A stretch of DNA of 41,793 nucleotides, from contig NC_057728.1 of assembly GCF_004010195.1 (NCBI RefSeq), positions 52,174,732-52,216,524 of the forward strand, given 5' to 3'. Shown here in pieces: positions 1 to 10,854 of the stretch (position 1 is the stretch's first letter; every line of letters starts with the position of its first letter). The position numbers and the translations under genes are program-made. Origin of the DNA: Chiloscyllium plagiosum. Taxonomy: Eukaryota. The notes under the pieces were generated by a model that saw only the letters and a program-made list of their open reading frames with translations, was not told where the DNA came from and ran no database searches.

Positions 1-559
1 ACCACAAAATAGATTTTCAATTTAAAATAACATAACAAAATGGCTTTAGAATTTTCTTTGACACTGTGAACTTGGACTGATACTTTGCCGAGTTGGGTAA
101 GATTAGAGAAAACAATGGTGTTTTCATAATATGAATCATGAGACAGTGACTTGGTATTTGAACTAACCTTACACTAGCAAGCATGGGATGATTTTGTGCG
201 TCAATCTGTTTCTCAAGAAATATCATTGGATTAGCCTGCTGTAAATCATGTCACCTTATTACATTTGATCAATCTTTCCTTGTAATTAAGGTTGTACATA
301 TAAGTAATGTGTAATTTTCGAATGTAATTGCAAAATTTTGACATGGAGCACGAAGCTTTAACCTCTATGTTGCTGGACAGAATTGCGTCAAGATGCCTTA
401 CTTTATTAAACTGATAATCTTGCTTTGTACAGACCCGCATTCCATTGATTCTTTTGACTGATCTCGAACCAAAAGGCCCATTAAGAGGGGTCTAGATCTT
501 CACATATTTCAGGTCCTTTCTCATTTAGATGGTGGACAAACTTAGAGAATCTACAGGCA

Positions 560-1040
560 AGGTTCTTGTCACAAAATTCCCAATATCTTATATTCCCTAG
601 TATTTATATGGCTGGTCCATTTAAGTTTCTGATTAATGGTAACTCCCAAGGTATTATTTTGGGAGGATTCAGCAATGATAATGCTGCTAATGCCAAGGGG
701 AGATGATTAGCTTTCCTGTTGTTGAAATTGGTCATTGCCTGAATTTTGTTCAGGTCTTACTCAATGTTAGCAAAGTAGCTAACTAATTGCAAGTTGACAC
801 TCTTAACTGTGCAATCATCAAATATTCCCATTTCTGACTTTATATATTATTGGAAGAACAATTGAAAATTGTTTAGCTCATAAAACTACCCTGAAGATAT
901 CCTGCAGCAACACCCTGGGGCTGAGATGACTGATATTAAAAACTTACAACCATCTTCCTTTATGCCAAGGCTCCCACCCAGATTTCACCTTGATTCCTTT
1001 TGCCACAGTCAGTGAAACATCGCCTTGATTTCAAAGACAA
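560..1040 (-). mobile_element. Old degenerate LINE fragment (CR1/L2-like)
   Basis: Recalled resemblance to a common elasmobranch LINE segment (GGCTGGTCCA...TTTCTG..AATGGTAAC.CCCA.G). No intact ORF. Confidence 0.4.
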
Positions 1041-1105
1041 TCACTTCTTACATCAACAAAATCGAAGTATGTTTTCAATTATAAAAAAACAACTACAAGA
1101 CTTAC

Positions 1106-1221
1106 GCTGGTGCATAGTTACAGACAAAAACTAAACCCGGTCCTTTAAATCCAGAAGATTTAATTCCTTTGGGACAATCAGAAACTGCACATCCAACTTT
1201 ATAAGAATTTGCCCATACGAC
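1106..1221 (-). CDS. GLIPR1: GLIPR1-like gene A, coding exon 3
   Basis: TTGCAG acceptor. 116 nt, VVWANSYKVGCAVSDCPKGIKSSGFKGPGLVFVCNYAP+GC, GTAAGT donor. Completes the GHYTQ|VVW and VCNY CAP signatures in frame with exon 2. Not in the ORF track; read by hand. Confidence 0.92.
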
Positions 1222-1567
1222 CTGCAAAGTAATAAGACTATTTAACATTAAGTGCAGTATTTTTTTATTTTATAAACAAAGTTATGATCTGCATGCTATA
1301 TCTATAAATAAAACAAAATCTATTCAAGATCAGAAAACTAATGAGAACAGAACTTCATATCTCATTGCTAAACTGATAGCATTTGCTTCTGGTAAGGACA
1401 ATAGACATTTTTAAAATGAAAACAGAATATTGGCAATTTACTTGAACAAATTATTCTTCTACACGTCTCTGCACAGACATTAAAATATAAGGAACCTTTT
1501 GGAGGTTCCATTGAAGAAACATCAGGATACAACAGAATTATGGAATTAACAGTTACTGTTTTCTAGA

Positions 1568-1637
1568 TATTTATATATACTCGAGATATTTACATAATAT
1601 ATATATATAATGTAAATATCTCGAGTATATATAAATA
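1568..1637. repeat. 70-bp AT-rich near-perfect palindrome
   Basis: 28-bp perfect arms (TATTTATATATACTCGAGATATTTACAT and its reverse complement) around one A:A mismatch and an (AT)6 core. Confidence 0.95.
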
Positions 1638-1651
1638 CTCATTCAGAGCCA

Positions 1652-4600
1652 AAGAGTCATAGGAATACAGCATTGAAACAGACCTTTTGGTCCAAATCAT
1701 CCATGTCAACCAGATATCCCAACCCAATCTAGTCCCACCTGAGAGCACCTGACCCATATCCCTCCAAACCCTTCCTATTCATATACCCATCCAGATGCCT
1801 TTTAAATGTTGCAATTGTACCAGCCTCCACCACTTCCTCTGGCAGCCCATTCCACACACGCATCACCCTCTGCGTGAAAACATTGCCCCTTAGGTCCCTT
1901 TTATATCTTGCCCTTCTGACCCTAAACCTATGTCCTCTAGTTTTGGACTCCCCCACCCCAGGGAAAAGACTTTGTCTATTTACCCTATCCATGCCCCTCA
2001 TAATTCTATTAACCTCTATGAGATCACACCTCAGCCTCGAACACTCCAGGGAAAACAGCCCCAGCCTATTCAACCCTGTCTCTATAGCTCAAATCTTTTC
2101 TTGGCAACATCCTTGTAAATCTTTTCTGAACCCTTTCAAGTTGCACAACGTCCTTCCAAAGGAAGGAGACCAGAAATGCACGCAATATTTCAACAGTGGC
2201 CTAACCAATGTCCTGTACAGCCACAACATGATCTCTCAACTCCTGTACACAATAATCTGACCAATAAAGGAAAGCATACCAAACGCCTTCTTCGCATTCC
2301 TATCTACCTGCGACTCTACTTTCAAGGAGCTATGAACCTGCACTCCAAGGTCTCTTTCTTCAGCAATACTCCATAGGACATTACCATTAAGTGTGAAGTC
2401 CTGCTAAGATTTGCTTTCCCAAAATGCAGCACCTTGCATTCATCTGAATTGAACTCCATCTGCCACTCCTCAGCCCATTGGCCCATCTGATCAAGATCCC
2501 ATAGTAATCTGAGGTAACCTTCTTCGCTATCCACTACACCTCCAATTTTGGTGTCATCTACAAACTTACTAACTATACCTCTTATGTCACATCCAAATCA
2601 TTTATATAAACGACAACAAGTAGTGGACCCAGCACCAATACTTGTGGCACTCCATTGGTCACAGGTCTCCAGTCTGAAAAACCCTTCACCATCACCCTTT
2701 GTCTTCTACCTTTGAGCCAGTTCTGTATCCAAATGGGCAGTTCTCCCTGTATTCCATGAGACCTAACCTTGCTCACCAGTCTCCCAAAGGGAACCTGACT
2801 GAATGCTTTACTGAAGTCCATATAGATCACATCTACCACTCTGCCCTCATTAATCCTCAATCAAGTTTGTGAGACATGATTTCCCACGCACAAAGCCAAG
2901 TTGACTATCCCTAATCAATCTTCGCATTTCCAAATACACGTACATTCCATCTCTTTGGATTTCCTCCAACAATGTGCCCTCCGATGTCAGGCTCACTGGT
3001 CTATAGTTCCCAGGCTTGTCTTTACCACCTTTCTGAAATAATAGCACCACATTAGCCAACCTCCAGTCTTCCAGCACCTCACCTGTGACTATCAATGATA
3101 TAAATATCTCAGCAAGGGGCCCAGCAATCATTTCCCTAGCTTCCCACAGAGTTCTAGGATACACCAGGTCCTGGTGGTTTATCCACCTTTATGCATTTCA
3201 AGACATCCAGCAATTCCTCCTCTGTAATGTGGACATTTTTCAAGAAGTTACCATCTATTTCCCTACATTCTATATCTTCCACGTCCTTTCCCACAGTAAA
3301 CACTAATGCAAAATATTCATTTAGTATCTCCCCCATCTTCTGTGGCTCCACTCTTCTCAGGATTCACTCGATCTATCCTGTCTATATCTGACATATGCCT
3401 CCTTCTTTTTCTGAACAAAACTCTCAATTTCTTTAGTCATCCAGCATTTCCTATACCCACCAGCCTTTCCTTCCACCCTAACAGGAACATACTGTCTCTA
3501 GGCTCTCGTTATCTCATTTCTGAAGGCTTGCCATTTTCCAGTCGTCTCTTGACCTGCAACATCTGCCCCCAATCAGCTTTTGAAAGTTCTTGCCTAATAC
3601 CATCAAAATTAGCCTTCCTCCAATTTAGTACTTCAACTTTTAGATCTGGTCTATCTTTTCCATCACTACTTTACAAGTAATAGAATTATGGTTGCAGGCT
3701 CCAAAGTGCTCCCCCATTGATACCTTAGTCACCTGCCCTGCCTTATTTCCCAAGAGTTGCAGCTTCTCTAGTCAGTACATCCACATACTGAATCAGGAAG
3801 TTTTCTTGTACATGCTTAAAAAATCTCTCTCCATCTAAACCCTGAACACTATGGCAGTCCCAGTCCATGTCTTATAGATAACTGACACCTCCTTGCAAAC
3901 TTGCTTCTCAATTTCCTGCCAACTATTAGAGGGTCTACAATACAATCCCAATAAAGTGATCATCCCTTTCTTATTTCTCAGTTCCATCCAAATAACTTCC
4001 CTGGATGTATTTCCAGGAAGATCCTCCCTCAGTACAGCTGTAACGCTATCTCTTATCAAAAATGCCCCTCCTCTCTTGCCTCCCTTTCTGTCCATCCTGT
4101 GGCATTTGTATCCTGGAACATTAAGCTGCCAGTCCAGTCCATCCCTGAGCCATTTTTCTGTAATTGCTATGATAGCCCAGTCCCATGTTCCTAGCCATGC
4201 CCTGAGTTCATCTGTCTTCCCTGTTCCGCCTCTTGCATCGAAATATGTGCAATTTATCAGTCCTACCTTTTTCTCGGCTTTGTCAAATAGTCAGCAAGCC
4301 CTGACTATTTGACTTGCTTCTCTTCTCAACAGTATTAGTCTCAGATTGATCTCTTTCCTCATTGTCTCCCTGGGTCCCACCCCATTACTACTTTGAATCC
4401 TCCCGAGCAGCTCAAGCAAATCTCCCTGTCAGTATATTAGTCCCCTTTCAACTCAGGTGCAATCCGTCCTTTTTGTGCAGGTCTCTTCTACCCCAGAAGA
4501 GATTCCAATGATCCAAAAATGTGAATCCTTCTCCCATACACCAGCTCCTCAGCCATGCATTCATCTGCTCTATTCTCCTATTCCTACCCTTATTAGCTCT

Positions 4601-5921
4601 TTGTACCAGGAATAATCCAGACATTACCACTCTCGAGGACCTCCTTTTAAAATTCCTGCCTAACTTTCTATATTCTCCCTTCAGAATCTCATCCTTTTCC
4701 CTTCCTATGTCATTGGTTCCAATCTGCACAATGACATCCTGCTGGGCCCTCTCCCCCTTGAAAACATTCTGCATCCTGTCTGAGAGATCCTCGATCCTGG
4801 CATCGGAGAGGCAACACACCATTCTGATTTTTCACTGCTAGCCAGAGAAACATCTGTCTATGCCTCAGACTAGACAGTCCCCTAACACAATCGATCTGTT
4901 GCAACCCAACATACTCCTCATTGCATTAGAGCCAGTTTCAACACCAGAAACTTGGCTGTTCATGCTATGTTCCCCTGAGAATCCATCACCCTCTACACTT
5001 TCCAAAACAGCATACTTGCTTGAAATGGGGATAGCCATAGAAGACTCCTGCACTACCTCTCTTACCTTTCCTGGAGTTATAACATCTATGGGACTGTATC
5101 TGCGACTTTTCTCTCTTCCTATAACTGCCATCCATCACATCGCCTTGCTCTTGTAAATTCTTTACTGCCTCTAACTGTTGCTCCAACTGATCCATTCGAT
5201 CTGACAGGATTCACAACCAACAGCATTTATTGCAGATATAATCCTCAATAACACGTAAACTCTCCCTAAACTCCCACATCGGACAAGAATAACACATATT
5301 TCTTCTAAGGGCCATTTTAGTTTCTTCCAATTTGCAGACCCAGAAAATAGCACTGTCTTACTCTTCTACAAAACACTGCGCCAGGCTAACTTAATACTTA
5401 TGGTCTATATTTTTAAGTTTAATCAAGAGACAGATCTCAATAAAACATATAATCAAGAAAGAACCCACTCTACTCACTACTGCAGACTTGCAGCAAGGCC
5501 ACACTTAAAACTATTCCATTGTCTGTTTCTGTACTGTGACTTCTTCCAAACAGACTACTCCAAGGTCAGTTGTGAATTTCATTGTTTGTTAATTTTCCTC
5601 GACGCACTCTGATGTCCAGCAATAGATGAATTCAACAGCAAAGGCAGTAACTGCGCATTTTCACGGCTGTCTAAGTTGGCAGTGTGGGTTTTTCTCTCTC
5701 TCTCTCTCCTGCACAAACCTTGTGCTGCCTTTGACTGTTCCTCTCCCTTTTAAAAGTGCCAATGTTTTGACTCTTCTTTTTCTCCAACGTTCCAAAACAA
5801 TGCAACAGCATATAAAACAGTAATTGCTGCTCCTGGAATTCGAGGAAATCACCTCAAAAAAGGAACCGCCTATTATAGCCAGAAATGTTTCCAACCCTCC
5901 ATCTTGGATTACCCAGAATCC
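1652..5921 (-). mobile_element. Near full-length, decayed CR1 (HER1-like) LINE: putative 5' UTR, ORF1, ORF2 (APE endonuclease plus RT) and 3' tail
   Basis: ORF fragments give RT motifs (KDKPGNYRPVSLTS, YMDFSKAF, GVPQxxVLGP) at ~2300-3350 and endonuclease (GLYCRP) at ~3835-4095, then ORF1 to 5315. The 3' end has the GTCTGTTTC..TGCTGTA..CTATGACTCT tail. The 5' boundary is uncertain. Confidence 0.9.
4440..5315 (-). pseudogene. CR1 ORF1 remnant: zinc finger, coiled coil and SGNH esterase
   Basis: MALRRNMCYSCPMWE...YICNKC (CxxC..CxxC), MDQLEQQLEAVKNLQEQ (coiled coil), then IVLGDCLV, VCCLxxARIED, VQIGTNDI and DGLHL (SGNH blocks). Broken by stops and frameshifts. Confidence 0.85.
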
Positions 5922-6352
5922 TGTGCCCTGCAGAGTATCTGCAAATTTGAAATCTGACAAAAGCAGGTGTACGCAGAAACCAATTTATTACAGAACATGA
6001 GAATGACCATTATTTATTACGCCATTGTCACAGAATGACCAACATTTCAAATCATTATGGGTAACAAGAGTAATAACTCCATGCACACATTACTGAAATA
6101 GGTTTATTATATCAAAGACAGCTTGGAAGAAAGCAGTCCAGGTCTAGAACATAAGTGGGAAGGCATCTACTTTTCGAAAGATAAGCACTCTGGCTCAAAT
6201 AAATTAATCTCAGGCAGAAGACTTGAGCTCTTCTTACGCTATGAATTACATATATTTTCAATCAACCAAGTATCATAATTGTGCCAAACATCTCAGTGGC
6301 AGGTGAGACTCAAATCTTCTGACTCACTTGGGACACTTTCACTGCACCACAA

Positions 6353-7118
6353 TATAGTCATAGAAATATACAGCATCAAAACAGACCCTTCAGTCCAACC
6401 CGTCCATGCCAATCAGATATCCCAACCCAATCTAGTCCCACCTGCCAGCACCCAGCCCATATCCCTCCAAACCCTTCCTATTCATATACCCATCCAAATG
6501 CATCTTAAATGTTACAATTGTACCAGCCTCCACCACTTCCTCTGGCAGCTCATTCCACACACGTAACCATCTTCTGCGTGAAAAGGTTGCCTCTTCGGTC
6601 CCTTTTATATCTTTCCCCTCTCACCCTAAACCTATGCCCTCTAGTTTTGGACTCCCCGACCCCAGGGAAAAGACTTTGCCTATTTATCCTATCCATGCCC
6701 CTCATAATTTTGTAAACCTTTATGGGCGGCACAGTGGTTAGCACTGCTGCCTCACAGCGCCTGAGACCCGGGTTCAATTCCCGCCTCAGGCGACTGACTG
6801 TGTGGAGTTTGCACCTTCTCCCCGTGTCTGCGTGGGTTTCCTCCGGGTACTCCGGTTTCCTCCCACAGTCCCAAGATGTGCAGGTCAGGTGAATTGGCCA
6901 TGCTAAATTGCCCGTAGTGTTAGGTAAGGGGTAAATGTAGGGGCATGGGTGGGTTGCGCTTCGGCGGGTCGGTGTGGACTTGTTGGGCCGAAGGGCCTGT
7001 TTCCACGCTGTAATGTAATCTAATGTAAAAGTCACCCCTCAGCCTCCGACACTCCAGGGAAAACAGCCTCAGCCTGTTCAGCCTCTCCCCATAGCCCAAC
7101 CCTGGCAACATCCTTGTA
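6353..7118 (-). mobile_element. 5'-truncated CR1 3' fragment interrupted by a SINE
   Basis: Encodes KVYKIMRGMDRINRQSLFPGVGESKTRGHRF and MLPG...RLNRLxLFSLE on either side of the SINE. 3' tail at ~6355. Confidence 0.9.
6724..7030 (+). mobile_element. HE1-type (V-SINE) tRNA-derived SINE
   Basis: tRNA-like head with B box GGTTCAATTCCC (6771-6782), V-domain-like core (GTGGAGTTTGCAC.TTCTCCCCGTGTCTGCGTGGGTTT), CR1-like 3' tail and short TAAT(C/G) repeats. Confidence 0.9.
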
Positions 7119-7446
7119 ATATACTACAAATTATAACTTTAACGACAGAGACTCAACTACAAAATAATAGAAACCTGCTGTTACTGGGAGTACTATGTCG
7201 AGTTCATTACAGGGAACCCTTGGTTTTCTTTGATTTTCTTCAATAACCAGAAATACTGCCACAGAGGCTGGTATTCCTTGATTTTAGGACTGCCTCTTCA
7301 GGGTCAGCTATCAGGTTGTCAGTATCTCTGACACTCCCCTGTTTATCTGTCAGCCAGAGCTCTCTGATTGGACCAGATTAACAACTCAGTACAGAGAACT
7401 CATATTTTACGATGTAGGTTTGCTCACTGAGCTGTAGGTTTGATAT

Positions 7447-7486
7447 CTAGACATTTCATTACCTGGCTAGGTAACATCATCAGTGG
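7447..7486 (-). ncRNA. Minimal type-I hammerhead ribozyme motif, opposite-strand copy
   Basis: Minus strand reads CCA-CTGATGA-T-GTTACC-tagcca-GGTAAT-GAAA-T-GTC-TAG. Confidence 0.65.
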
Positions 7487-7518
7487 CGACCTCCAAATGA
7501 GGCTTCACTTGGAGGTTG

Positions 7519-7558
7519 CCACTGATGATGTTACCGAGCCAGGTAACGAAATGTCTGG
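7519..7558 (+). ncRNA. Minimal type-I hammerhead ribozyme motif (Penelope-like)
   Basis: CCA-CTGATGA-T-GTTACC-gagcca-GGTAAC-GAAA-T-GTC-TGG: conserved core, perfect 6-bp stem II, CCA/TGG stem I, GUC cleavage triplet and vestigial stem III. Confidence 0.75.
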
Positions 7559-8034
7559 ATATCAAACCTACAGCTCAGCAAGCAAACCTATACCCTAAAC
7601 CTCAACCTGAGCTACAAACCTTGCATTCATATTTTATGAGATCCAGCTGGCTAACCTCATTACAATCACTACATTCCACCCCCAAGCCTAGGAGCAATGG
7701 TTGGTCTTTTTTCATGGAGAGCCTCCTGGGGCATCTATGCACCAAGTCAGACTCCTCTGACTTGACATCTGATATAGTCTTGTAACGCACAGAAGCTCAC
7801 TTCTTGCTCCAGGATAGCCTCAGTGCAATTTCATTCTCTTCACCTCAGCAATGGTGTTGAAGCAGTTACATCTGTCATATCCATCTCTGATTCTGAGGAC
7901 TCTACAACGCTTGATGGGCAGGATGAACCCATAGGTTATGACATGTTTTCAAAATTTTCTGAGGGGCAGGACATGTATTGCTCTTGCACCAATTGCAAAT
8001 TTGTGGCGTTCACATGGTCTATGTGCTTGTCCAG

Positions 8035-8392
8035 TTTGCTCATCTCCCCTCCCCTTATCCCAGATCCAACCCTCCCAACTCGACACTGCCCTCTTGAACT
8101 GTCCTATCTGTCCATCTTCCTTCCCACCTATCTGCTCTGACCGAACACCAACACCCCTCCACCTTCATCTACCTATTGCATTCCCAGCTACCTTCACCAC
8201 CCCCAGCCTCAACCCCTCCCATTTTTCTCTCAGCCCCCTTGACCCCCACCACATTCCTGCTGAAAAGCTTATGCTTGAAACGTTGACTCTCCTGCTCCTT
8301 AGATGCTGCCCAACTGGCTGTGCTTTTCCAGCACCACACTTTTTGATTCTGATCTTCAGCAGTCCTCTGATCTGCAGTCCTCACTTTCTCCT
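8035..8392 (+). mobile_element. Penelope-like element terminal fragment with degenerate hammerhead
   Basis: Pyrimidine-rich tract, then ATTC-CTGCTGA-A-AAGC-TTAT-GCTT-GAAACGTT, then the GATGCTGCC...GCTTTTCCAGCACCACAC...CTGCAGTCCTCACTTTCTCC terminus shared with the insertions at 8985 and 35808. Confidence 0.7.
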
Positions 8393-8984
8393 TATCAGGA
8401 CTTTGACACCTACTCAGACATTTGTACGTCACTGATCCTGACCATGTGACCCATATGCCTCTTAACCACATAGGGCCATTTTCATGATTCTTCCACCAAA
8501 GTTTGTTCCCTATATCAAACTGTCTCTCTTGCTTGGCAGAGTCTTTTGTCATGCATTGTTATTTCTGATGCCGTTTATCCTGCCCATTATGTCCGGGAAG
8601 ATCAGACTTAATCTGGTGTCGAGTCTTCTATCCATCAACAAGTCTGCCAGTGCTGTCCCTGTATGGAGCTATCAAATCCCATTCAACTTTAGGGAATACC
8701 CAAATTCCCTGCTGATAAAAGATGGCCCATTATCTGTGACCAACTCTTCCGGGACTCCATGTATTGAAAAAGATACACGGTTTTTTATTGATGTCCCCAT
8801 GTTTGACAATGCACTCTATGCACCGTTTGAGCGTACATATACAATGATGAAGAACAGTGAACACATGAAAGCAACTGATTCAAAGCATAGGCAACGTGCA
8901 ACTGATTCCAAGGTACACCTGGCCATTCCCATTGTGGGAGAGCTGCTGGCAGCAAGTTTAGTCCTTGTTGACACTCTGGGCACT

Positions 8985-9203
8985 GGGAGAAAGTGAGGAC
9001 TGCACATGCTGGAGGTCAGAGTTGAGAGTGTGTGGCTGGAAAAGCACAGCAGGTCAGGCAGCATCTGAGGAGCAGGAGAATAGATGTTTAGGGCATAATC
9101 CTTCATCAGGAAGCCCTGATGAAGGGCTTATGCACAACACATTGATTCTCCTGCTCCTCGGATGCTGCCTGACCTGCTGTGCTTTTCCAGCAACACACTC
9201 TTG
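8985..9203. mobile_element. Fold-back Penelope-like terminal-repeat insertion with 12-bp TSD
   Basis: Inverted arms ~9017-9110 and ~9115-9209. ACTCTGGGCACT occurs at 8973-8984 and 9204-9215. CTGATGA cores at 9109-9103 (-) and 9116-9122 (+). Confidence 0.85.
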
Positions 9204-9825
9204 ACTCTGGGCACTACCCCACCAATGTGGCTATGTCTGCATCCAGGCTTGGCTACCAGATGTAAACTCTCACCAACATCTTCATTTGGAGATCTGTGGA
9301 TGGCACTGGTGGAGTTCAGACAGTATTTGGTGGCAATCTTTGCTCCGATACATCACTGTTGCTCCCCATAACAATATGCTATCTTCTACTGAGCTGGTCT
9401 CTTCAGATCCAAAAAAATTTCAATTCCAGTTGTGTCAGCCCTTTGGTTTCCCCTATCACCACCATTTGTTTCAGTTTTGAAAGGACTGGATCTTTCTGCG
9501 TCTGAAGAGTCTGATATTATCAGCTTTGACTGGGAGTGCATCCAGAAAAAATATATTATCAGACTCTTCCACTGGGGGTACCACCAGTAGTGCACGTGCT
9601 ATTGGGAAGCAACTCAATGCTTCCACATTCATTACTTGGCCTCCCAGATGGTGTTCCAACTTGTAACTACAAGTGCTTAGTATTAGAGCACACTGCTGAA
9701 TGTGACTTGTAGCTACAGGTGGTGTGACAAAAATATGGCTTTGAGAAGTGTATTTTGTCCTGGTATTTTTATGAAGAGAAGTCGAGATAGAAGTCCCGAG
9801 CGATGTGTTCCAAGCCAATAAAGTT

Positions 9826-10135
9826 GGGGAGGGTGGCCTAATGGTATTATTGCTGAACTGTTAATCCAGACACCCAGGTAATATTCTGGGGACCCAGGTT
9901 CAAATCCCGCTACGGCAGATGGTGGAGTTTGAATTCAATAAATATTCTAAAATTAAGAGTCTGATGATGACCACAAAACCATTATTGATTGTCAGAAAAA
10001 CCCATCTGGTTCACTAAACTGCTGTCCTTACCTGGTCAGGACTAGGTGACCCCAGACCCACAACAATATGGTTGACACTTAACTACCCTCTCGGCATCTA
10101 GGAATGGGCAATAAATGCTGTCCTAGCCAGCAATA
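9826..10135 (+). mobile_element. SacSINE1/DeuSINE-like tRNA-derived SINE
   Basis: A-box-like TGGCCTAATGG, B box GGTTCAAATCCC (~9897-9908), central AAAAACCCATCTGGTTCACTAA and 3' GGGCAATAAATGCTG tail, recognised from memory of this family. Confidence 0.7.
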
Positions 10136-10166
10136 CATAAAAAAGTAAACAGATTGTGAGGCCTTG

Positions 10167-10503
10167 TGTTAGGTTCTTTTCCTGAGGTTTCACACGAGAT
10201 GTAATTCGCACACATCAACTTCTGCAAACAGTTAAAGTTTATTAAAGCCTATATATGTTAGGTGGCCCTTTTGACCCTCTTTGCAGGCGTGCAAAATCAA
10301 GTCAAAGAAGCCCAAAACAAAGAAAACACATCCCCCTTACACAAGTCAGCTGGTAATGTTTACAGATATTCTGGCCACTCCCTCACAGTCACATGCCACT
10401 CAAGACAACCCTAGCCGCTCCCTCACAATCACATCCCACTCAAGATACAATGCAGTGACCACCTCACCTCCAGAAACAATGTTACGCAAATCATCCCCTA
10501 ACG
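10167..10503 (-). mobile_element. Possible solo LTR containing a 40-bp tandem duplication
   Basis: Termini TGTTAGG...CCTAAC(G), minus-strand AATAAA at ~10238, duplicated unit at 10371-10410 and 10411-10450. No TSD found. Confidence 0.4.
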
Positions 10504-10854
10504 GTCAGATCTGGTGTGAGTTGTTTCTTTTTGTAACTATAGAGTGCAGTCAGAATTTCAGCTGAATGTTCCAACTGACTTCTGAATAGGTAATGATGAT
10601 TCAAATGGCTCTGAATGGCAAGGAATGTGGGAATGTAAACCTCCCACAATCCACCTATAAGGCAAAGACACACCATCCTACCCCCAGGGCACTCAATTTC
10701 TTGTAGGCCAGCAGATCAAATTAACTCTTTAATATCACACTTGGATTTTATTTTAGAAGTTGGAACAATCGAAGCATCATGAATGGTTGGGGACAAGTTC
10801 CCACTGAAGCAGGATTTTAATTCAACTTTTAGTAGCTGTTGGGGCTCGGAAGGA

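Larger units (their letters stand above)
7413..7626. mobile_element. Fold-back Penelope-like terminal-repeat insertion with 13-bp TSD
   Basis: Inverted arms ~7415-7496 and ~7509-7590. Flanked by TCATATTTTACGA (7400-7412) and TCATATTTTATGA (7627-7639). Hammerhead cores in both arms. Confidence 0.85.
7240..7673 (-). mobile_element. 3' LTR of a Gypsy-like element, interrupted by a hairpin insertion
   Basis: Similar to 14310-14535 and 26674-26905. Minus-strand start TGTAGTGA is preceded by a purine-rich PPT-like stretch (7674-7684). Left boundary approximate. Confidence 0.75.
7674..9820 (-). mobile_element. Decayed Gypsy pol 3' region (end of RNase H plus integrase) with nested insertions
   Basis: Minus-strand remnants IQQCALILSTCSYKLEH...NVEALS, a CPECQ zinc-binding motif, a VTDNGPSF-like integrase core and WWKNHENGPMWLRG (GPY/F-like region). 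Confidence 0.75.

Noticed and set aside
1..1105. Exons 4-6 of gene A
   Set aside because: No GN..PY...CxxC hinge exon with splice sites was found; presumably left of the window.
6724..6800. tRNA gene (also at 9826, 18446 and 28342)
   Set aside because: A/B boxes are present, but they are SINE heads continuing into SINE body and tail; no complete cloverleaf.
10371..10450. CRISPR-like repeat
   Set aside because: Only two adjacent diverged 40-bp units with no spacer, in a eukaryotic context.
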